Of a stretch of DNA of 64,000 nucleotides, positions 55,820-64,000 are shown in pieces. This DNA is from Eledone cirrhosa. Taxonomy: Eukaryota. The position numbers and the translations under genes are program-made. The notes under the pieces were generated by a model. It was not told the origin of the DNA and made no database searches. It saw only the letters and a program-made list of their open reading frames with translations. The stretch spans positions 46,190,001 to 46,254,000 of the forward strand of contig OZ024752.1 in assembly GCA_964016885.1 (NCBI GenBank), given 5' to 3'. The first letter of the stretch is position 1. The number at the start of each line of letters is the position of its first letter.

Positions 55820-55871
<52 letters not shown>

Positions 55872-56276
55872 TACATATACACACTGACGTGCATTCATTT
55901 ACCAACAGCTTTCTTTATGGCCCACACATATTACACATACACCACACACACTACACACACACACATACACACACTCACACATACACATACAACACGCACA
56001 CAGACATACGCACTGACGTGCATTCATTTACCAACACCTTCCTTTATGGCCCACACATACTCAGGGTTGCGTATTCATTCCTCAAAATACTTCATCCATT
56101 ACATCATATCTTCTTTCCTTTCTCAACACCCGTAAATTCCTTCCAATACATCTCCCCACCCCCGCTCCATTTTTCTTCTTTTTCTGCTCATATTTCGTAA
56201 GTTCCTTGTGAGTGAGGGGGTGTATTTTATATAACTACCCCCCCCCCCCCTATATAATATATATATATATATATAT

Positions 56277-56412
56277 AACAAAGAAGGTGTGGTAAGGAAG
56301 CAGATGGACTATAATGCACCACAGTACTTGATACTTAGGGTAGTAGAGTGGGTAATAGGAAAAGAGTCAGGACCCCGACGTGGAGCTCAGCCGTCGGGGT
56401 CCTGACTCTTTT

Positions 56413-56417
<5 letters not shown>
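56277..56417. mobile_element. Same family, copy D, with a 26-bp perfect hairpin
   Basis: Shared block plus stem 56355-56380/56392-56417; (TA)n flanks. Confidence 0.6.
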
Positions 56418-56456
<39 letters not shown>

Positions 56457-56463
56457 ATATATA

Positions 56464-56672
56464 TAACGAAGGAAATGTGGTAAGGAACCAGGTGGACCAT
56501 AACGCAACAACAAACTTTTGACCAATCCTTGTGACAATCACTTTTACCATATATGGAATTACCCCCCTGAGAAGCTCGGCTATTCATATACCAGGATAAA
56601 AATTTTCATTTAGTCCAGAATTAGCCGTCGAAACGGCTTGAACTCAGCCGTCGGGGTCCTACTCGTTCCTAT
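56464..56672. mobile_element. Same family, copy E (inverted short tail plus the near-complete hammerhead segment)
   Basis: Begins taacgaaggaaatgtggtaaggaaccaggtggaccataacgca (identical to copy C), then switches to the hammerhead-bearing strand; (TA)n flanks. Confidence 0.6.
56561..56657 (+). ncRNA. Type I hammerhead-ribozyme-like motif with a variant core
   Basis: Stem I CCCC/GGGG, core CUGAGAAG, stem II CGGCUA/UAGCCG with a long loop, GAAA (56630-56633), stem III CGGCU/AGCCG and GUC triplet (56650-56652), all in canonical order. Confidence 0.65.
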
Positions 56673-56869
56673 ATATATATATATATATATGGGGGGGGGG
56701 TCATTCAATCCTTACTAGCAGGGAGAGCTGACGTTAAACGATGATGAAGATATACTTCTTTGGTAATTACGGTGTTAAACTAGAAATAGGAACCAACAGT
56801 AAGATGGCCAATGTCCTTGATTTAACCCTAAACCTTGATTCCGGCTTCTATTATCCATACCATAAATTA

Positions 56870-57038
56870 CCATATTTCCCGGCGCTTAAGACGCTACTTT
56901 TTCTCCTAAAATAAGTCTCAAAAATCCACCATGGGTCCAGGAGGCCGAAGGTTGTTTATTATTTTTCTTCAAATTTTTGGTTGTCAAAATTAGGGTTCGT
57001 CCTCGAGGACGAAGCATCTTCGTTGCCGGGAAATACGG
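56870..57038 (-). mobile_element. Tc2/pogo-like MITE, second copy
   Basis: TA|CCATATTTCCCGGC...GCCGGGAAATACGG|TA; the interior is the reverse complement of the 37032 copy. Confidence 0.75.
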
Positions 57039-57052
57039 TAAATGAAAACCTT

Positions 57053-57165
57053 AGATGAAAGGCAAAGCTAACCTAGGCGGGATTTGAACTCAGAACGTAA
57101 AGGGCCGCAACTCTATGTCGGTTAGCATGTTGTCCGACGCTCTACTGATTACTGCCAAAACCACC
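57053..57165 (-). mobile_element. SINE S1 5' (tRNA-like) half
   Basis: ggcgggatttgaactcagaacgtaaagggcc...ccgacgctctactgattactgcca is the reverse complement of the head. Confidence 0.8.
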
Positions 57166-57451
57166 GGTTTAAACAGATGTAACATTTGCAGATCGATCAA
57201 GTTGTTTTATTGATACTCTTCACAATGTCGATTTACAACGAAACAAACTGAAAGTGATTTGAGTTGATTAAAAATGGTGGAATTAAATGGAAACATAACA
57301 CAACACTAACGGACTCCAGACACACACATACACACACATACACATACACACACATATATATATACATACACAGACATATACACACCCACACACACACACA
57401 TACACACATACACAGACACACAAATATATATATACATACACAGACATATAT

Positions 57452-57482
<31 letters not shown>

Positions 57483-57686
57483 TATACATATATAGACACA
57501 CAGACACACACACATACACAGTACACACACACACATATATATATATATACATACACAGACATATATACACACACACACACACACACATACACACACACAT
57601 ATACATATATAGACACACACACATATACTCTTACACACACGCAGACATATACACACTCAAACGGGAGAGAGAAGAGAGAGAGAGAG

Positions 57687-57766
<80 letters not shown>

Positions 57767-57881
57767 AATCAATATGGAATCTTCGTTGATGTATTTACAA
57801 CCGTTTGTAATGGCGAAGGTGAAAGGTTATTGTTGGGAGATAAATTAAGAACTTTATTTTATGAATGGAATGACGTAAGAA

Positions 57882-58116
57882 CTGTTTCTACTTTTGGCAC
57901 AAGGCCAGCAATTATCCAGTGCATTACTGGTACTTTATTTGAAATTACGTAATAATGGTTCCTGGTTTAGGCACTAGGCCAGCAATCGTAGGGGGGGGGT
58001 CGATTAAATCGACCCCAGTGCGTTACTGGTACTTTATTTTATCGACCCTGTAAGGATGAAAGGCAAGTTAACCTCGGCGGGATTGAACTCAGAACGTAAA
58101 GGGACGTAACACTATG
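57882..58116 (-). mobile_element. SINE S1 copy plus an extra tail fragment
   Basis: Reverse complement of the S1 body and tail. Confidence 0.8.
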
Positions 58117-58864
58117 CTGCTGCAAAATATGAAAGTAGATTCCGTCTAAAGTGATAGACTATTGAATTTTCCTTTAAGGACCAAATGTAGGAGATTCTAG
58201 AAGAGCTGACTTTCGTTGTCTGTCTGTCTGTCTCTCTGTCTCTCTGTCTCTCTGTCTGTCTCTCTGTCTGTGTGTCTGTCTGTGTGTGTCTCTGTGTGTC
58301 TGTCTGTCTGTCTGTGTGTGTGTCTGTGTGTCTGTGTGTGTGTCTGTCTGTGTGTGTCTCTGTGTCTGTGTATGTGTGTGTGTGTGTCTGTGTGTCTCTG
58401 TGTGTGTCTATGTGTGTCTGTCTGTGTGTGTGTGTCTCTCTCTATGTGTGTGTCTGTGTGTGTCTATGTCTGTGTGTGTCTGTGTGTGTGCCTCTCTGCG
58501 TGTGTCTGTCTGTGTGTCTGTGTGTGTGTGTCTGTGTGTGTGTCTGGCAGTGTGTCTGTGTGTGTGTGTCTCTGTGTGTTCTGTCTGTGTGTCTGTGTGT
58601 CTGTGTGTCTGTGTGTGTGTGTCTGTGTGTCTGTGTGTGTGTGTCTGTGTGTGTCTCTGTGTGTGTGTCTGTCTCTGTGTGTGTCTGCCTGTGTGTCTGT
58701 GTCTGTGTGTTTGTGTGTGTCTGTCTGTGTGTCTGTGTGTGTGTCTGTCTGTGTGTGTGTCTGCCTGTGTGTCTGTGTGTGTCTGTGTGTCTGTATGTCT
58801 GTGTGTGTGTATGTCTGTGTGTGTGTGCCTACGAGGTCACTGGTTTCAGCTACATCTGGCTCAC

Positions 58865-59073
58865 CCATGGGTAACACCGAGGAGATTGTCGGATTTATTA
58901 ATGCCCCATAAATTATCGTTATATTTGATGACTCTATTCCGAGCGTCCATAATATTTTCAATTTCATTCCCAATGGTCGTGGTGCTGGACTTAGCATCAG
59001 TTAACACTAGTTGAGAATAGCTGTTAGAGAGTACTAGTGGAAGGTGAGGACTCGGAGATAAGTGAGGCCACAT
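58865..59073 (-). CDS. Possible first coding exon of an unknown minus-strand gene ([21 protein letters not shown]...LLGVTH)
   Basis: Non-repetitive ORF starting acaATG and ending at a GG|gtgagc donor-like site, with a TATAAATA about 100 nt upstream; no recognisable domain and no downstream exon found. Confidence 0.28.
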
Positions 59074-59173
59074 TGTATGTTATTATCCTAGTTTTCTTCA
59101 GCCTTCATCACAGTAAAACACCCGCCCTTGTGGCTCTTAAAAATTGGCTCTGTGCTGTGTCAGACGCGAGAGC

Positions 59174-59181
59174 TATTTATA
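59174..59181 (-). promoter_or_regulatory. Candidate TATA box (TATAAATA)
   Basis: Reverse complement of tatttata, upstream of the candidate minus-strand exon; the AT-rich context makes a chance match plausible. Confidence 0.2.
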
Positions 59182-59659
59182 TTAAAACCCACAAATGTTT
59201 TGGAATGATATACTTGGATATCGCATCGAAAAAAATGACAACTAAACCACAATATATCATTGAATAAAAGTCAACAAAACCAAAATTGATATAAGACCAA
59301 GAATTACAATAAAAACGACAGGAGTAATTTATATAACAACATTTAAACAACCGGAGGATTTATTAGGTTAGATCGAACTTAGGTCAGTTGTATAGATATA
59401 CGTATAATATGATTGTTTTGCATCAAGAATGATTTATGGCTTGTTCAGAGCTTGCCAGGTTAGATATATAAGACAGGGTGTAATGCCAGCATAGTTTTGT
59501 ATACACTTATTTCCAGAAAGTAATAAGCCAAACAAATAATAAAAGCATGTTCTGGTCAGAAAGGTGCTGTGTATGATGCTTATTGAGTAATAACTAGAAT
59601 TGATGGTAAGGTTTGAATTGTGGGTGAAATAAAATTTAAAAAGACTGTCTGTGGCTGTG

Positions 59660-59778
<119 letters not shown>

Positions 59779-59816
59779 TTGTGTGTGTGTGTGTGTTTGT
59801 GTGTGTATGTGTGTGT

Positions 59817-59982
59817 CCCTTTACGATCTGAGTTCAAATCCCACCGAGATTAGCTTCGCCTTTAATCTTTCCGGGTGCGATAAAATAAAGTACCAGTAAC
59901 GCACTGGGGTCGATTTAATCGACTTTCCGCTCCTCTCTCACAAAAAAATATTTGGCCTTGTGCCTAAATCAGAAACTATTAT
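59817..59982 (+). mobile_element. SINE S1, 5'-truncated
   Basis: ccctttacgatctgagttcaaatccc...ggccttgtgcctaaatcagaaac. Confidence 0.8.
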
Positions 59983-59997
59983 GGTGTCTATAAAACA

Positions 59998-60245
59998 GTC
60001 GATCAACAAAATCCCAGACCTGTGGGGTGGGACTCTTCAAATCAGAACGAGGAAACAATGTTTTATCAGTCTTTCCAATTGCTAATACTATCAATACTAT
60101 CTACCGGTCACAAATCCAGGCAGAAGGAGCAACGTAAAATAAAGTGTCTTGCTCAAGGACATAACGCATCGATCGGTCGGGGAATCGAGTTTACAACCTC
60201 ACGATTGTGAATCCAATTCTCTAACAACTCCGCCATTTTCCTTCA
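59998..60245 (-). mobile_element. CORE-type SINE S2, inverted copy
   Basis: caacgtaaaataaagtgtcttgctcaaggacataacgcatc...ggaatcgagtttacaacctcacgattg is the reverse complement of S2. Confidence 0.75.
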
Positions 60246-60617
60246 CTAAATGGAATCTATAATGTATTAATAATAGTGGGATTCATTCAAGCGATTTTAT
60301 TTATGAAAATGATCGTAATTAAGCTGTTATTTCTAATGCTTAGAAATAGAACGACACGTCAATTAAGAATGAAAAGAAAGTAATTCTACCTATTTACTGG
60401 TACCATTTAATTTGCTTATGGTAATTCAGTTAGTTTAATGTGTATTGGATCTGGGTATTATGACAAGTATTGGATCAACTTTAAACATCCAGTCGTTGAA
60501 AAAGTAGAAAGCAATATAGTGAGTAGTACAATAATTATTATTGAACAAGTATAGAATCATTCAATCGGAATTGATTGATTGAAAGCGTTTAATTTAAAAT
60601 TTAACGTGTATTGGGAA

Positions 60618-60870
60618 AGCGAGTGGCTTAATGGTTAGAAAGTTAGAATCGCAATCATAAGGTTGCGAGTTTAATTCTCTGTCCTGGTGATGCGTTATGT
60701 CCCTGAGCAAGACACTTTATTTCACGTTGTTCCTTCTGCCAGGAGTTGCAACCGGTAGATAGTATCTGTACTAATAAAAACCAATGGAAATATTGTTTCC
60801 TTGGTCTGATTTGACGAGCTCCACCCCACTCGGCAAACGAATGACATCTAGGATCTTGTTGATCGATCAG
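60618..60870 (+). mobile_element. CORE-type tRNA-derived SINE (family S2)
   Basis: A-box tggcttaatggtta, degenerate B-box, CORE-like tgtccctgagcaagacactttatttcacgttg; homologous copies at 59998-60245 (-) and 63790-63990 (+). CORE-SINEs are established in octopus (OR2). Confidence 0.75.
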
Positions 60871-61134
60871 AGAGCGATTGGATGGCGGAAATATTTTGAC
60901 TAGTAGATTAACTTTAAACATAATTGACGGCTGTACCTTACTATATTAATAAAGCTTTTAGCGAGGAGCCACTCAAAATATGTAATAAATAAACCTTGCT
61001 AAAGATGTCACACAAGGTGATGGGTCACACAACGTGATAGGTCACACAACGTGATGGAACCCAGGATTTAATGAATGAGAAGAGAACTCCTTAAACATTT
61101 AGCCGTGCTGTGTTCAATAAATAAACAGTGAGAT

Positions 61135-61325
61135 AATAATTGTGTCTACTTTGTGGCACAAGGCCAGCAATTATCCCAGTGTATTACTGGTACTTTATTT
61201 TATCGACCCCGTAAGGATGAAAGGCAAAGTTAACCTCAGAGGGATTTGAACGCAGACCGTAAAGGGACGTAACTCTGTGTTGCAAAGCATGACGTCCGAC
61301 CCTCTACCGATACTGCCAATCCACT
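61135..61325 (-). mobile_element. SINE S1, full length
   Basis: Reverse complement of head (A/B boxes), body and tail. Confidence 0.85.
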
Positions 61326-62125
61326 GCCCTAAACAGTGAGATAATAATATAGGCATATATAAGTTATTCCCCAATATCTCCTCATGCAAAGATGGATAAA
61401 TTAAGTAACAGAATCTTACTTGTTTACCCATTAAATTTAATTAACAAAACGACTCCATTTCAGAAATTTTATCCAAAGCAACTAATACCGATTTAATAGA
61501 AATTTATTTAAATAGATTTATTTTTCTATTAGTTTTATTTTATCGAAAAAACTTTAGTTTCATTTTCCAAAGATTCCAAGATTCTTCAAATAGTGTTTCT
61601 GTTTTTTAATCTCTTTATCGGAAAATATTAAACATAAACCTTGAAGCACATGTATTTACAGTTATTAAAACTCTAATAATTTTGTTTTAGTTTTTCGTCC
61701 TACCAGCTTATCGTGATCCTTTCCTGTGGGAGAGATCTACTTCGCCAAGATATATCACATCTAAGCTATTAGCATTGAACATAAGAGTTTTAATTATGAT
61801 AAATACAGTCTTAATCACCAGTTATATATACAGTTAAATCTATAGGGATTCATGAATAAATAAAACAAAACCAGTACGGAATCATGAAACTCTCAGTTGG
61901 AGAAGCCATTACTACACGTTGTTTTCAAGTTGTTAAACTGCACTAAAACAGGAAGCTCGGGTTCTTTTTTTTTCTTTTTCCAACCGGAAACAAGGCTTTA
62001 ATATATCAACAGGTATGGCTGCGAATAGCTATGTAAATATCGTAAACAGGTATAAAACATATAGATACGGGAGTAGGGAATATATGTGTGTGTTGTGTGT
62101 ACGTGTGTGTGTGTATTGGTGGAAG

Positions 62126-62166
<41 letters not shown>

Positions 62167-62180
62167 GACAGATTATATAT

Positions 62181-62224
<44 letters not shown>

Positions 62225-62226
62225 TC

Positions 62227-62363
62227 TACGGCCCTTTATGATCTGAGTTAAATCCCGCCGAGGTTAACTTTGCCTTTCATCCTTACGGGATCGATAAAAT
62301 AAAGTACCAGTAATACACTGGATTAATTGCTGGCCTTATGCCAAACGTAAAAACAATTATTAT
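62227..62363 (+). mobile_element. SINE S1, 5'-truncated
   Basis: tacggccctttatgatctgagttaaatcccgccgagg...ggccttatgccaaacgtaaaaacaattatt. Confidence 0.8.
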
Positions 62364-62821
62364 TCAAACAGTTCTTACTATAATCCTTCAGTGTTTTCCT
62401 CAGAAACCCCCACGCCGCCCCTCATGAGCCATGGGCAATGTTCTTTCTCTTCGTTTATGAGTTACACACAAAAACACAAAATATTAAAATAAAAGTTAGT
62501 TGTTAGAAATAACGTAGTGTTAGAAATAACGTGGATTTGATGGGTTGGCGATGGTTTTTTTGTATTAACAATGGTAGAGAAATATGACATTTAAAGAAAC
62601 GAAGCAACATTCACATCGACGTTGCTAAATTTAATGTAATATTGGAGCTGGTATTTAAAGTCTGACTTTAGGAACAAAGTCTTTCGTTATATCTCGAGGC
62701 CCATCACTCGTGTCTCATTATTCTTCAAACTTTCTCTCTGCCGTTGCACAAACTTCTACATATACACAACCAGATACGAATACACCCACATATTTATCGA
62801 TATATGAGAGATTACATATAT

Positions 62822-63703
62822 TTATCAATCAATTTTTATATTAGATAGCTACATAATATTTGTTGCGTGTTCAAACCCCAGGAGAAAGCTAATTTTTATA
62901 TTAGGTAGCTACATGATTTTTGTTGTGTTCAAACCCCAGGAGAAAGCTAATTCTAAAATCAGATAACTGTGTTTAAACCCCAGGAGAAAGCTATTTTTTA
63001 TATTAGGTAGCTACATGATATTTGTGTGTTCAAACCCCAGGAGAAAGCTATTTTTTTATATTAGGTAGCTACATGATATTTGTGTGTTCAAACCCCAGGA
63101 GAAAGCTATTTTTTATATTAGGTAGCTACATGATATTTGTGTGTTCAAACCCCAGGAGAAAGCTATTTTTTTATATTAGGTAGCTACATGATATTTGTGT
63201 GTTCAAACCCCAGGAGAAAGCTATTTTTTATATTAGGTAGCTACATGATATTTGTGTGTTCAAACCCCAGGAGAAAGTTATTTTTTTATATTAGGTAGCT
63301 ACATGATATTTGTGTGTTCAAACCCCAGGAGAAAGCTAATTCTAAAATCAGATAACTGTGTTTAAACCCCAGGAGAAAGCTATTTTTTATATTAGATAGC
63401 TACATGATATTTGTGTGTTCAAACCCCAGGAGAAAGCTATTTTTTTATATTAGGTAGCTACATGATATTTGTGTGTTCAAACCCCAGGAGAAAGCTATTT
63501 TTTTATATTAGGTAGCTACATGATATTTGTGTGTTCAAACCCCAGGAGAAAGCTATTTTTTATATTAGGTAGCTACATGATATTTGTGTGTTCAAACCCC
63601 AGGAGAAAGCTATTTTTTATATTAGGTAGCTACATGATATTTGTGTGTTCAAACCCCAGGAGAAAGCTAATTTTAATATTAGATAGCTATGTTCAAACCC
63701 CAG
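62822..63703. repeat. 57-58-bp minisatellite (gtgttcaaaccccaggagaaagctattttttatattaggtagctacatgatattt)
   Basis: caaacccc at 63031, 63089, 63146 and onward; short variant unit at about 62946 and 63335. Confidence 0.93.
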
Positions 63704-63789
63704 GGTGGCCCTGGTTCTTCTTATTTACTTATATAAACTCTGTCAGATTAGAATTACATCATACTCGTGATTAAAGGATTGTATGTCCT

Positions 63790-63990
63790 GACCAGGCGAG
63801 GTGGTATGTCCTTCAGCAAGACACTTTACACCTTATTTCACGTTGCTCCTTCTTGCCAGGAGTTGCGACCGGAAGACAGTATCATCAATTGGAAAGACCA
63901 ATGGAAGCATTGTTTCTTGGTTCGATTTGATGAGCTCCACCCCATTCGGAAACCCAATAAGGTCTGGGGGTCTTGTGTAGATCGATTCCT
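63790..63990 (+). mobile_element. CORE-type SINE S2, 5'-truncated
   Basis: tgtccttcagcaagacacttta...ttcacgttgctccttcttgccaggagttgcgaccgg matches the 60618 copy. Confidence 0.75.
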
Positions 63991-64000
63991 TTGTATGTAC

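Overview
Eukaryotic, microsatellite-saturated genomic DNA. The repeat families and AT/TA-rich texture are most consistent with an octopod cephalopod (inference). The only well-supported protein-coding gene is a + strand Caskin (ckn) homologue. Six spliced exons between 35491 and 48573 join in frame and encode a linker, tandem SAM1/SAM2 domains and the proline-rich tail. The ankyrin/SH3 exons were not found and presumably lie upstream of the window, and the terminal exon was not identified (a 200-N scaffold gap follows a 5.7-kb minisatellite). Almost all other ORFs in the track are simple-repeat artefacts. The introns and flanks contain tRNA-derived SINEs (including CORE-type), TTAA-flanked piggyBac-type MITEs, mariner/Tc2-like MITEs, CRE-, CR1- and RTE-like LINE remnants and many mini/satellites. 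The most interesting signal is a (TA)n-targeting element family with a type I hammerhead-ribozyme fold (near-complete at 56561-56657) and copy-specific perfect terminal hairpins, resembling Penelope-like pseudo-LTRs or retrozymes. Also notable are a second minimal hammerhead-like motif, several SINE-derived fold-backs, a 95-bp satellite with 6-unit higher-order periodicity, and two minisatellites amplified from the same endonuclease-coding segment of a CRE-like retrotransposon. Repeat boundaries are read by eye and are approximate unless stated otherwise.
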